Below the pieces are notes generated by a model. The model saw only the letters and a list, made by a program, of their open reading frames with translations. It was not told the DNA's origin and searched no databases. Made by a program: the position numbers and the translations under genes. From Epiperipatus broadwayi (lineage: Eukaryota; Animalia; Onychophora), in contig JAQFVV010000005.1 in NCBI GenBank assembly GCA_028023455.1, positions 8,680,001 to 8,744,000 on the forward strand: 64,000 nt of DNA. Reading direction: 5' to 3'. Below are positions 23,302 to 36,722 of this stretch, one piece after another; position 1 is the first letter of the stretch; every line of letters starts with the position of its first letter.

Positions 23302-26300
23302 ATGGTTGATTTAGATATAAGTTAGATGTGGAGAGGGAATGGTTTTGTAAGATTAGTGGTAAGAAAGTTTGTTATAAACGTAATGGAGAAGGAAGCAAAA
23401 GAATTTATAAAAGTAGTTAGGAAAGAAGAAATTGTTAAAATTGGGTTTTTGAATCTGCAAGGTGGTAGGAGACCAGAAAAATGGCTGGAATTAAATAAAG
23501 CAATTGAAAATGAAGGGCTTGAGGTATTAGCAATAGTGGAAACTCATCTAAGAGAAGAAGAAGAACCAATTTTGGAAGAGGTAGTATGGCAGGGTATAAA
23601 CAGAAAAGAAAAAAGGGGTGGTGGTATAGGTGTTATATCGAAAAAAAATTTAAATACTGTTAAATGTCAAGAACATTTGTGGTTTGAAATAAGGTTGGGT
23701 AGACAAGAATGGATGGTGGCTGTAGTGTATATCGCCACTGGAGATAGTCAAACTGTAATGGAATGGAACAATAGTATATATGAATGCCTAGTTAAGGATA
23801 TACAGAGTTTTAAAGAAAAGGGGAAGAGAATAATGGTTATAGGGGATATGAATGGGCATATTGAAGAAATTGCTGATGTAGATAATAAGAATGGTCAGTT
23901 TTTGAAGGAATTTTGTCAAAGAGTAAATTTGAGCATTGGGAATTTATCAAATGTATATGATGGACAATACACATGGTCTAGGAATAATGTATTTCACCCA
24001 ATAGATTATGTATTGGTAGAAAAAGAGGGAATGAATAAAATACGAAAAATTAAGGTGTTTGATAATGAAGAGAGCGTGTGTAATAGTGATCATAACTTCA
24101 TTGTAATAGAAATGGTTAGTAATGTGATGGAGGATAGAAATAAATGTAGAAATAATAGTGAAAGATGTGGATGGAGAGTGAATGATAAGAATAAGTTGGA
24201 AGAGTATAAAATAAAAGTTGAAGAAATCATGGAGCAGTTGGTTGGGGATGAGTATAAGGACTGGTGTGGTGAAGTAGAAAAAGTGGCAAATAGGGTTTTA
24301 GTCGAGAATATGAAGAAGAATAAAAATAATAAAAAAATGAGAGTTAGTAAAAGTGTAAAAGAGAGGAAAAAAGCATGCAGAGAATATAAGTGTGCTATTA
24401 AGAATAAAGAAAGTGAAAATGATATTAATGCTAAATGGGGAAAGTACTTGGAAAAGAAGAAGCTAGCTAAAATGGATAATTATAGAGAGAGGATGAAGTT
24501 AAATAATAAATTGTTGGAGGATATTAATAAAAGTGGAAGAGATGGAAGTAAAAAATTTTGGAATTACATTAAAAGGAGAAATGTAGGGGAAAGAGAGATA
24601 GTATTAATAGATGATGAGGGAATAGAATGTAGCTCTAGAGGCGAGCTAGAGAAAATCTTAAATAGATATGTAATGTATATAGAAAAGATGTTAGATGTGA
24701 AGGAATTAGTGATAGAAAACATGAAAGCAGTTAGTAGTGGGAATATTACGTTCACAAAAAATGAATTGAATGAGGCAGGAAAGAGATTGAAAAGTGGAAG
24801 CGAGAGGTTTAGATGGATGGGCAGCAGAGATGGTAATGAATTTAGGGCATAGAGCAAAAACAAAGTTATTATCATGTTTTAATAAGATGGCGCAGAAGAC
24901 AGTTTTTCGGGTAGTTGGAGTAATACAAGAATAAGATTATTATTTAAAGGAAAGGGTAAGGATTGTAGAAAGTTAAATAATTATAGACCGATAGCAGTAA
25001 CATCAGTTTTATATAAAGTTTTCGCATATATGGTAGCTGGAAGAGTTGTAAAATGGATGGAAGAGAATAATGTAGTGGGGGAAATGCAAGGAGGTTTTAG
25101 GTCAGATAGGCGTATAGGAGATAGTTTTTTGTAGTTACACAACTTATGGAGATGAGTAGGAATTCAGGTAGATCATTATATATGAGTTTTATAAATATAG
25201 AGAAAGCATATGATAGAGTAAATAGAAATAGATTATGGGTAAGATTAGCCAATTTGGGAATGGATGAAGCTTTAGTAAATATTATTAAGAAATTATATGA
25301 CAATAATTATTATACTTACCAATTAGGGGATATAGAATCAGTTAAAGTTAAAAATGGAGTGGGATTAAGGCAAGGATGCCCTATGTCACCGATTTTGTTT
25401 TTGTTGTTTTTGAGTGAAATGGAAAAAGCAATAGAAAGACTAGGAAGAGAGGTAGAGATACCATTAATAGGTGGCAAAGGAGTATATACTTTGTCGGGTC
25501 TTTTTTTTTGCAGATGATATCTTTTTATGTGCAGAAAGAAGAGAAGATATGGATATTATGTTGAGGACATGTGCAAGGGTGGGTAAAGAGATGGGGATTA
25601 AATTTAGTGAAGAAAAATCAAATATAATGATGGTTAATACTGGGGAAAGAGAGGATGTAGTTTTTTTATTGGGGGATATAAAGCTAAGTGTGGTGGATAG
25701 ATATAGGCATTTGGGAATCATCTTATGTAATCAGGAAAATTGCTTGGTTGAATGGGAGAAAAAATTGGTAAATGAAGCAAAGAAAAGAAAAGGTTTGGTA
25801 AAGAAACTAACAGTATTTTCATATAATAAATATGATGTAGCTAGAATTATATGGAAGTTGCAGTAGCAGGGTTAACATATGGTAATGATGCATTATGTGT
25901 TAGTAAAAGGATTTTAGATTATTTAGAGAAAGTACAAAGGGAAGTAGGAAGACATGCATTAGATGCAGAGATGTGGACAGCAAAGGAGGCAATTCAAGGA
26001 GAAATGGGATGGTCAAGTTTCTATATGAGAGATGAATAAGCATTTATTTTATAACGTCCTGCGTGTGATTATAATTACGATAGAATGACAGCCTTCTCAC
26101 AGCGTCTGCGCAATTAGCTTAACAGGCTGTCATTCTATCATAATTATATGAGAGATGCAAAAAGTAAAATGAAAATGTTTGGTAGGTTGCAGTTTATGGA
26201 TAGTAAAAGAATAGCCAAAATAGTGTTATGAGTAAAGGGCAGGTAACAAGATGGGTGAGAAAGGTAATGTGGTATGCAAAAGATTTGGATAAAGAATTTT

Positions 26301-26765
26301 TATCGGTATACTTGTATAAAAGGTGGGATGATTGTGTTAGGAGGATTGTTGAGTGTTATAGTGGTAAGGAATGGGATAAAAGAATAGAAGTATATTGGAA
26401 GCGAGTTAATTTATGATAATAGTAAGGAAAGTAGTTTATTGTTTAAGGCTCGAACGGGATCTTTAGCAACAAGAGAATATACATGTAAATGGAAAACTAT
26501 GGGTGATTTAGCGTGCAAATTGTGTAAGGAAGGTATAGAAAATATTAGGCATCTGTTGATTGATTGTAAATGCTTGAAAGCAGAAAGGGTACAGATAATG
26601 AAGTTATGGGAGAATAGGTATGAACAAAGTGACAATACAGAAAGTGAGTTAGTAGTTTTTATGCTGGGTTTGCAAAAAGATAAGGGGGATTTTGATTTAA
26701 AGGCCATAGAGTTGACAAAGGTTATGTTGTGGAAATGGGATGGGGCAGAATATGGGAAGACTTAG
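23302..26765 (+). pseudogene. LINE ORF2: APE endonuclease, RT, C-terminal CCHC; frameshifted
   Basis: FLNLQG, VETHL, GDMNGH, IDYVL, SDH; YRPIAVTS, QGGFR, IEKAYD, LRQGCPMSP, FADD; CKLCKEGIENIRHLLIDC. Confidence 0.92.
26035..26144. mobile_element. 110-bp hairpin insertion in ORF2 with 13-bp TSD
   Basis: TSD TATATGAGAGATG at 26022-26034 and 26145-26157. 24-bp arms at 26071-26094 and 26124-26147 (1 mismatch). Removing the insert restores ...SSFYMRDAKSKMK... Confidence 0.85.
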
Positions 26766-26864
26766 AGTGGGGAATGGAAAATAAAGTGGCTAACAGGTTT
26801 ATCTGGGCATAGTTGCTGAGATATTCTTGACTTCGTTTAAGGAGAAGCCAAATACATCACATCA

Positions 26865-27033
26865 AAAACAAATTCCTGTAGGTAGGATTCGAATAACTGG
26901 TGCCACACTGATGTTTGAGCTTGCGTTTAGATCTCATTTACAAATTTTCCACAGGACCAGCAATACATTATTCCAATCCTATCTATAGGAATTTGTTTTG
27001 TGAATTTTATCTTTTATATAAGCGAAAACTACA
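26865..27033. mobile_element. Head-to-head Merlin transposase fragments
   Basis: 26865-26965 is the reverse complement of ~12880-12975, and 26970-27033 is a forward match to ~12935-13040. Confidence 0.75.
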
Positions 27034-27769
27034 ATGTGATGTAATGTATTGTGGCTTCTCCTTAAACGAGTCAAGAATATCTCAGCAATTATGCCCAGAT
27101 AAACCTGTTAGCCACTTTATTTTCCATTCCCCCCTCTAAACTTCCCCATATTCTGCTCTATCCCATTTCCACAACATAATCTTTGTCAACTCTATAACCT
27201 TTATATCTAAATCCCCTTTTATCTTTTCCCAAACCCAGCATAAAAACCAATAATTCACTTTCTGTACAATCACTTTTTTCATATTTATTCTTCCATATCT
27301 TCATTATATGTACTCTTTCTGTTTTCGAGCATTTACATTCAATTAACTAATGCCTAATATTTTCTATTCCTTCCTTACATAATTTACAAAATAAATCACC
27401 CATTTTTTTCCATTTGCATGTATATTCTCTTGTAGCTAAAGATCCCGTTCGAGCCTTAAATAATAAACTATTTTCCTTACTATTATCATATATTAACTCA
27501 CACCTAATATTCTGTTTATTTCTATATATATTTAAACTCTTTTTACTCTCCATACTATTTCTCCATCTCTCTAACTCCCTATTTCTCAACAATCCTCTTA
27601 ACACAATCATCCCATCTTTTGTACAAATATACTGATATAAATTCTTTATCCAAATCTTTTGCATACCGCATTACCTTTCTCACCCATCTTGTTACCTGCC
27701 CTTTACTCATAACCCAATTAAATACTATTTTAGCTATTCTTTTATTATTCATAAACTGCAATCTACCAA
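27034..27769 (-). mobile_element. 5'-truncated second copy of the PHD-esterase LINE
   Basis: Reverse complement of ~26175-26860 including the 3' UTR and (ACATC/ACATT) tail. It retains bases deleted in copy 1. Confidence 0.9.
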
Positions 27770-27806
27770 TTCGAATTTTTTTATTAGATAAACTGCAATC
27801 TACCAA

Positions 27807-27844
27807 TTCGAATTTTGTCGTGAGCTGGTAAGTTCGTGTGTACC
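27807..27844 (+). mobile_element. Merlin-like terminal repeat
   Basis: TTCGAATTTTGTCGTGAGCTGGTAAGTTCGTGTGTACC resembles the reverse complement of 12722-12759. Confidence 0.6.
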
Positions 27845-28210
27845 ATTTTATCCATGTGTTGTATTCGAGCACAATAACTGAGTTGCTGAACCGGCCCAAG
27901 AAAGAGCTGGACCAATGCAATGTTTTCATGCGGGTAAAGAGATATTAAAAACAATTATTGTATCTTATTTGCAAATATCCATATATCCCCATGTTTCTAT
28001 CTCTAGGAGCCATTTCACAGGATTGTCTAAAAAATAATAAAAACTTTCAGAAAAATTTTTTTTAAACAATTTACATTATTAAATAAATATTTTTGTTTTA
28101 ATTTATTATTTAACAATTGTTTCAAAAATCATTTTTTTAAACATTAATTTGTTTTATTTTAGTATGTGTGTTTTAATCTCCAATTTATTATTATTATTTT
28201 CATATGTCAA

Positions 28211-28281
28211 TGCGTTGACCGGGAAGCAACCCGGGCCAGCTGCTTGGAAGGCAGCTATGCTAATCACTAGCCCATCAACGC
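28211..28281 (-). tRNA. tRNA-Gly(TCC), probable pseudogene
   Basis: GCGTTGATGGGCTAGTGATTAGCATAGCTGCCTTCCAAGCAGCTGGCCCGGGTTGCTTCCCGGTCAACGCA. Acceptor and anticodon stems are intact, the T-loop/B-box is damaged and there is no nearby T-run terminator. Confidence 0.85.
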
Positions 28282-31200
28282 TTGACACATCTTCAGATTT
28301 ATTTTATAATAAAAAATAAACTAACATTTTTAAATTTTTCTTGTAAAAACACAGGAGGAAAAAATTATTTTAATGTAAAAATTTGAAAAATTAAATATTT
28401 ATAATTACAAAATTGATTAAGTATAAATAATAAATACAATAATATAAAAATAATGAATATTATTTTTTCTTTTTAAGCTATGAATATTTTAATTATGCAA
28501 CATCACATTATCATGACCAGAATTGTGAGAAATATTTAGGTATACTGCACTGGTTGAAAAATCTGCCACTACATAGTTAGTTTGTCTGCAATTGTATTAC
28601 TTCGCATATGATAGACATTGTTGGGCCTACAAATTACAGAGTTTGGAAAAAAAAGTAAGCATAATTGCATATAGTAAGTGATAAAATGTTTTGAATTCTT
28701 GATTTTTGCTAAAGCTGTAGATCATGTAGGCCAGGGCCTTAATAAATGCAGGATCTTGTGCTAATACACCATTTACACCACCCTTGAGCTGGCTCTGCTG
28801 AGATGCAATAAAGATTAGTTTTCAACAATTCCTTATATACAAGAATATATTTTGTACTGTAAGGATGGCTTACAACCCTGTTACACCATCCTATGTTAGC
28901 CCATTCTACCAATTGGAATCATGAAAAATATTTGCTTAACTAATAAATTGCTAAGCACATACCAATGTTGTTGTTGTTTTTTTTTTTAGATACATATATG
29001 TACAACAAATTATTTTTTTTAAAAGCTAAAATACTAAATTCCATAACAACTTAATTTTCTACTGTAATAAAAGAGATTATAAAAATCATTAAACAATTAG
29101 GTTAAACACTCTAAAGAAAAATAAATCAAACATATATGTATGTTAACACCAAAGTCGGAAACTTGTGTTGTATGTCGTTAATTAGATTACAACAATAAGA
29201 CTCACAAAATGATGACCTAATTTAAAATTAATCATGTAGCAACCACAAGTGCGGAAAAGAAATTAAAATTATTAATTAATAATTGTTTTATCACCATTAC
29301 TGAAAGTAAATATATATACAGCAATAGGAAGTTATGTCAATATATAAGGAAATGCAAGATTCAATATATCAAATAGCAGAAATTAGCTAATCTCACTTTC
29401 AAACTGCATGCTATATAAAAGTAATTTGAATCTTCATTCTTTCTCTTTCAAAATAATGTTCTTGCTAAATAAAAGATAACTTCGTTATGCTTAAAAATTC
29501 GAATGCAAAGATGGATATATGTATTCATAATTAAATCTATTTGAAATAGCATTAAACTTAGTGGAAGCTAAACTAGCAAATCAAATTGAAAATTTATAAA
29601 TAGCCAAGTTAATTCGAAGAAGCAAAAAAGATTTTTTTTTCTCTTAGAAACTTTAATTTTATTTCGCAAGAAGAAGAGAAAAATAAATAGTTATCAACAA
29701 TGGAAGAGAAAGAAAGTAAATAATTGTTCTCTTATATATATCGCTACTAAATACCTAATTGGAACCAAATAAACTACATATATAATATACTGTATATCAT
29801 TATACAATATGTTCCAGCTAATACTGTAGGGGATAGAACGCAATTACCAAAGCCATGAAAACATAGTGACTTCATCTGTTCATTGCTGTAAAGCCTGAAG
29901 GTCATCCATTGTCTTTTACAAGATGCCTCCACCTAATTCAAGAGAAAATCACTTGGACAGGATCCCTATATTATCGTTCCAAGCAGGAGAATGTCACTTT
30001 TCAAGAGAACAGTGTTCCATTTTTATCCAATGAGATCTATTTTGAAAATGATGGACTAATAATATGAAAGACATTTCCAGCAGACTCATCAAACTTTAAC
30101 TAATATGAATGATTGAAAATTTTGATTTTCTATTATTGTTAATTTTTATTTTAATTTTCGTTTTCATACTTGGAAGCAAATGTGTTCACATTTCTTGGAA
30201 AAGTTTATTATGAGAGGGTAAGGAGGGAGAAGTTATTAGATTTTGCTAGATTTTTTTTTTTTTATTAAATAAAATCTAGAACAATTTGCCTTCCCAACTA
30301 AATTGACATTGACAGCATAATGTGAAATAAAAGGTAAGATTTCAATATTATCTCACATTAAGCACCTACATTATAAAATAGGACCAGATTGATATTAGTT
30401 TGTTAATCGTTAACTAACTTTTGTTATGTGTTTCTTTTGTGAAATTGATTAATAACCTGCATGGATGCTTTTCTATTAATGTTAAGAGACATCTATAGAT
30501 AGGGGAGGGGGGGCTCCAAGATTTACCACCGTCAATATGAACTGGATAACAAGGATTTTTATGATGTGACTATAAATAGGATTGAGTAGCCAGTTAGATT
30601 CACGGTTATGCAAATATTTTATATATATGTCTTTGTTAATAACTGATGCCAAGCACATGAATTTCTACCGTGGGCTGATGGATAAGGATTTTTTATTATC
30701 ATCATTATTAGATAACAATATGGTAGAAGCTCATCATTGACATAGTAGATTACGTAATTCAGTATTATTAAATATTTGTTTATTTTTTTCCTTATCAATA
30801 AATGTTAAAAGAATTTGTTACCTTAATCTGGTCTCTAGCTCATTATTATTTTTATATCCACCACAGTATTATTATCATCATTATTCTTATTATTAAAAGT
30901 ATAAATAGATATATTCATGCCAATTGATGGATAAACTTCAATATATACATATACTCACCCACCCACCTGATACTATGTGCAGTGAATGATATTAGAAGAT
31001 CTTTATAGAATTCATGCAATCAATCATCACCTATATAGAGGTATAATAATTGCTAATTAGTGTGATTTCATTCCCTGATAAGAGAGTCAAAAGCAATTAC
31101 TCCCTGAGTTTGAATACTGTAGCATAGCGGAGCCAGGCAAGGGGTGAGAACTGGATGAACTAACCCAAATTGTATCTGAGTTAATAAAAATATGTAGAGC

Positions 31201-32055
31201 TAGTCCATTGGAAGTAGATACAATCATAGGTTATGTATTTAATCACGTAACCCTTTGCATTCTATCCAAAGACCCAAAGTCTGACCATAGTAAGATATGC
31301 TCCCTCTCTCTCCTGATTAAATCCCGACCCGTTACAATACGTAAACAGTTTAGATTTGATAATAAAGTTTAATGAATATTTTCTAAAGTTATAAACCTGA
31401 ATATAGTTTTCAGCAATTCCTTATATACAAGAATACATTTTGTGTATAAATAGCATAGATTTGATAATAAACTTTAATGGATATTTTCTCAAGTTATAAA
31501 ACTGGTTTAAAAAAAAAAAAAAAGAAATCCAATGTATTTATTGCTCACAAATTCATAAAAAGTTTGAACATTAGAAGAATCAGAATTGGAATTGATTCAA
31601 AGATCTGCTTCAGAGTCTGACAATTTATTGTTAGCAATGTTATTGGGTTTGGCCAATATCAGAAATAAATAGCTTGTGTTTATTCGGGTATGTAGATAAG
31701 AGTGACTGTATAAATATTGTGTATTAGTTACATGCACATCCAACATATTAAATATATAAAGTATAATTAAATATATTAGCCTAAAGTATATATGTAAATT
31801 AAATGGAAACCGGCAACCTCTAGCAACTAAAAATGAATGTGCACATATATCAACAAATATAAAGCAGAAAAGGTTGGGACTATGTTATTTAGGCAAACCT
31901 TTGTTGATGATGCTGGAAATGAAGTGTTTAATTCATTTAATAGCCATATTTTAAATATATTGTATATCACTACTACAAAGTGAAGAGAAACTTTCACTTT
32001 TAAAGATCTTACAATATAAAGTTTATCTTATGAATATATTAAATACGCATAGCAT

Positions 32056-32260
32056 AAAGTGTATATGTAAATTAAACAGAAACGGACAACCTTATATAGC
32101 TAAAAATGATTGGGCTTGTATTTTATTTCCATCATCATCAACAGATGTTTGCCATAGTCTAAAGTATATATGTAAATTAAACGGAAACAGACAACCTTAT
32201 ATAGCTAAAAAATGATTGGGCACATATTTTATTTCCACCATCATCAATAGATGTTTACCA
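32056..32260 (+). repeat. 105-bp tandem duplication (third diverged copy near 31780)
   Basis: aaagt.tatatgtaaattaaac.gaaac.gacaaccttatatagctaaaaatgattggg at 32056 and 32161. Confidence 0.85.
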
Positions 32261-35200
32261 TCAGAGCTGAAATTAAGGTTGGCCACCTTTTTTTTTTTTT
32301 ACATTGGTTGATAAGCACAATCATTCTTTGCAATTAGAGGGTGTCTGTATCCATTTGATTTGCATTATACATACATATATAGAGACTTGTACATGATAAT
32401 TAGAATAAGGAAAATTTAATTAAAATAAGATGTGAATACAAACGTTTGTATTTGGAAAGTTTAAATAAAGTTTAAAATTTGCTATACATTCAACATTCAC
32501 TCATAAATGATGAAAATATCACATCTTATAATATACCATCATTACAAACCTTCAGACAAATACTTAATTAAAATAGTATAGTTATAAAAAAGCAATTTGG
32601 AGATGAAAAAAAAAAAACAACTAATAAAAATAATTAATTGTTTCTAAAGAAGCAAGCTAAAATTGGCAAATTATGTTACTGGGAGATTGAAGTAATTCCA
32701 GAGAATGAGAACAAAAAAAATGAAGCTATGCACCCAGGAAAAAAACTCAATAGGTCAAGCAAAAAAGGAATTGAACTTGTTTCATTACACCATGATATCC
32801 CTACTAAATGTTACAAGCATATTCTCATTTAAGTAAGCACTCTGGTAAAATATTCAGGATTTGTACATAATTTATTGTATTCAATATTCACATTAACTTA
32901 CTTTGCTTTCATGTTTGGTCAGGTTTTCTTAGTTTTGCTAGATTTGCTTATTGTTTGGGGACAATATAAATAAAAGTAAAATGCAAACACTAGTATTTAG
33001 TGAAATAATTTTAAAATTTAAAGAAATAGTTAAAAGTAAAATTAACCACTAACCCTTAAGTAACACGGCCACCATACAATTGAGAATCGACAAATTTGTC
33101 TTTAATGAACCTGCTAAGTGGTCTATCTGAAAAAAAGCATATTGACAAAATATTTTGTAATTAATAACAGAAAAGATGACTGAAAATTACTATTTTTAAT
33201 GTCATCCTAACATACTTTGTGAACCTGGAGACTCCAGAAGTTTAAACTACCAAAGATGGACAAGTGGCTAAATAATTATTTTAGTTTCAGAAGTTCTAAA
33301 CACAGGTTGTGTCTTTTATGTAATAATACTAAGGTCAGAAGTGGAAAGATTGATGTTACTTTAAGTAATCACCAGCACTTAATAAACAGTCACCCGAACT
33401 GACAATAAATATATTAATCATCAGTATTGTTAAAGCAGTTTTTTATTCATTTAATAATTGTTTTCCATTGCTGCAAATGAATGTAAAGCCAAACTTAATC
33501 AGTTGGATATAAGAAACATCTATCTATAGCAAAATTATTAAACCAGCCATTTTACTTTTCTACTAATTGAAAGTCAAAGTATTTTAATCGTTATTGCTTT
33601 CTACTTTTGAAAGGAATAACTCTTCAGTTAAGTTTATATAGCTACTTCATTGGCAAGCTCTCAAGTTTATCAATATGACAAAAGTGAGAATAAAAATAAG
33701 CATAAATAACTGACATCTGAATACTTTATTTTTGATTCTCAACTCAGCAATTAAGTGTAAAGCCACTTGAAAAGTGGGTACCATATAAAAACTGATGTGT
33801 CAAAAAAAAACTTGATATCACCAAGATTGAAAAAGTGAATAAGTTGATCAACGTTTTGTATTATATCCTAGAAGACTACATACTTCATATTTTAACAAAT
33901 TGCAGAACTTTTAAAATAAACTGTAGTCAGACTAACAATAAATAATAAACTCAAAATAAGGTATGATTAAAAATCATTACATAAAATAACTAAAAAAATC
34001 ATAATAATAACAGGAAATAATAAATATGAATTTAAATTCATTAATTTTTAATTTTTTAGAGGTAAATGAACTGCTTCTTCACTGAAGTTAATATATCTTT
34101 AAATATTGTACCGGATGTCACACAGCGGTACAGAGACATGAGACTCGAACTAGGACTGTTGAGGATGAATCCCTGAATAAGATATATGAATTATAATAAT
34201 ACATAATTATATAAAACCTTTTTATATTTAAAAACTAACTAAAATAAAGATTCGAACTCTGGATATGATTAAAAGATACTTTAATATTATAAAAAATCAA
34301 TTTGTTCTAAACGTAAATTATTTAGATAGTATGCTTACATCTGTGATTATTATGGGATGTCCAACTTATACATATATAGTGCAGTTTATTTATATGCCAA
34401 TGTTTAAAAAGAAGTTACAAAATAGGTTTAGGAAGAGAAACGCTATTTTGGTTAAATAATGACCTAGTCAAAGAATTAACAAAAGAGACACTTTAGTCTT
34501 TGAATAAATTAACATAATGCATTTAACAAACTGTGATTGATGCCACTTCAATCACACAAGAAAACTACGTGTATGTAACTGCGATGCCAGGTAAATTGGT
34601 CTCTGACATCCGTTATATTTATTAATTATTGAACAATAAAGTTATCAAACAAACGTTATATTTTAATTTTTGAATTAAAATATAATAAGGAAAATTCATT
34701 TACACAGATGGGAGTCGCTCATCGAAGGGAAATATCTTAATGCAAGCTTTTCTTGACATTCTAAATATAAATATATTAATAAATAAAATGGTTTAGTTAT
34801 ATCACAGCATTACGGCTTAGAGATTAGTTTTAAATGTGATTCTAAAATACTATAATGAATGGCGGTGCAAGCATGAGGCAGCAAGATATAAGATTCCATC
34901 TATTTTGGCCGAGAGACATGGGAAAAAGAGAAATGGTACGCCGTTCTTCTGACGGGCCATACCTGGACAAACAAAAAAGGTAGGGAAATGCAATTGACTA
35001 CGTAGGGTATCAATGCAGAGCTTCCGCTACTTTTTCCGAAGGTGTCCTAGGGCACTTCCAATGCCATCTAAAACATATGAAAGAAATGGAGGATTCAGAG
35101 TTTTCCCGATGATCCTCAAATTATGATAAAACAATTAATGACACTGGCTGACCTATGATGGCAATGCTATGAAACTTGCATCCTTAAATGATGTCAAAAT

Positions 35201-36722
35201 AACTAATGGCCTAAATATACAATTTTAATCGGGTGTAACAGCATGATTTGTATATTAAACCAAATGATATAACAAATCTAAAACTAGATGAATGTTTTAA
35301 TGACATACGATTACATTTCCCTTTATTAAACGGGTCCCACATGCATTTGGGATCTATAAGCATTATTTAAACTATAATGCTCAGGCCGCTACATATAAAT
35401 GATTATTGCATTAAAAAAAATAATGGTCATTATTATTTAAAATATTTTTACTGGAATTCAAGCAATACCATTCTCGAATAACATTAAATTTATAATCAAT
35501 AAATATATACTCATGGCAGTATTCTAATAATAATCTGCCTATAAACAAAAATATTTAACTTTCTCAACCCAGCGAGCAATGGCTTTAAAACAAATAATTT
35601 AAAGTAATTAAAATATCCCTGAAGTGCTGAGGATTTAAAAGACTAATATAACACAGAGGCTCATGGAGTTGGATTGATTTGGCATATAAATTATATATAA
35701 AATAAAAAGCAAATAATTATAATAATAAAATTTTATGCACTAAATAAAATGTAAGATCTAAACTTAAATAGATGTAAGCATTTCCTTATATATGTTTGAT
35801 AGGACTATAGAGAGACTTTTTACATATAGAGGTTATATATAATTATAAAAGAAACCATTAATTAGTATTTACAGGCGAGAATAGACAACTTTAAATAGCT
35901 ATTGGACTGTTATCTCTATTTATAACTGGTTCATTCTCTGAACTTTAGTTGCAGGAATCAGCTTGGTGGTCAGCAATCTCAATCACTACTGCTTCTTCAT
36001 CAGTGGCAGCCTTCTTTCATGGCAGGAGTTTCGTGGCAGCATACTAAAGGCAGCCCAAGAGACACAGGGAAAGATGGTTCAGTTACCTACTCAATAGACA
36101 TTCTAAAAACTAAGAGCAAAAGAGAGTAAAAGCAAATACTATAATACTAAGACCGTAAGACTCGGACTGTAAGATTCAGACTAAGACAAAGTGTCCAACT
36201 AAGATTGTAAGATTAAGACTCAGACTAAAACTTCCCCTTATCCTTAAGGTATTCTATTTATACCACCCAAGCTGTTACAGGAATGCTGTGGTTCATTTGC
36301 CCAGAGGCAGATGAGACAATTACTAAATTCCTGAGCAAATTACAGTCCATTTTAATTAAAAGTAAGATATACGAAAATAAGGTTCAAATCACTTTCATTA
36401 GTAAAACTTTTAATTAAAGTCTTTAAATTATAAAAGTAAAAACTATGATAAGACAATCTTTTGATTAATGAAAATCAAGTATTTAATATATTTAATTAGT
36501 GAAGAAAATTTCACAATGGGTTGATTTGAACCTGCTATCTTGGTTATATTCTCTTAAATTTTTACAAAATTGAAATTAAGTGCAAATAAATTCTTACAAA
36601 TAAACTTTAGGTGATAAAAAAATCACTTTTAAATAAAAAAAACAAGCTTAAAATATTCAAAAGTATGAAAATATCAAAATTATAAAATATTTATTATAAT
36701 AGTTTGTAGTATATCATCATCA

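Larger units (their letters stand above)
21702..26864 (+). mobile_element. Full-length two-ORF LINE (PHD+esterase ORF1; APE-RT-CCHC ORF2), RTEX/CR1-group-like; clade not settled
   Basis: Duplicated 5' UTR, ORF1, ORF2, a short 3' UTR closed by gtggct/agcca pairing, and an (ACATC)n tail. Confidence 0.9.

Noticed and set aside
24564-24875. Antisense ORFs over LINE, Gypsy and hAT coding regions (also 13799..14074, 18002..18271, 36748..37131, 38243..38656, 44897..45403)
   Set aside because: Shadow ORFs caused by strand-biased composition of the true coding strand; no motifs.
34860-35200. GC-richer stretch that might be decayed coding sequence
   Set aside because: All frames examined have stops and no motif I recognise.
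35985-36045. Minus-strand GAAA...CTGATGA as a type II hammerhead
   Set aside because: No helix III or helix I pairing and no NUH site in register. The surrounding 35.9-36.3 kb may be LTR-like but could not be supported.
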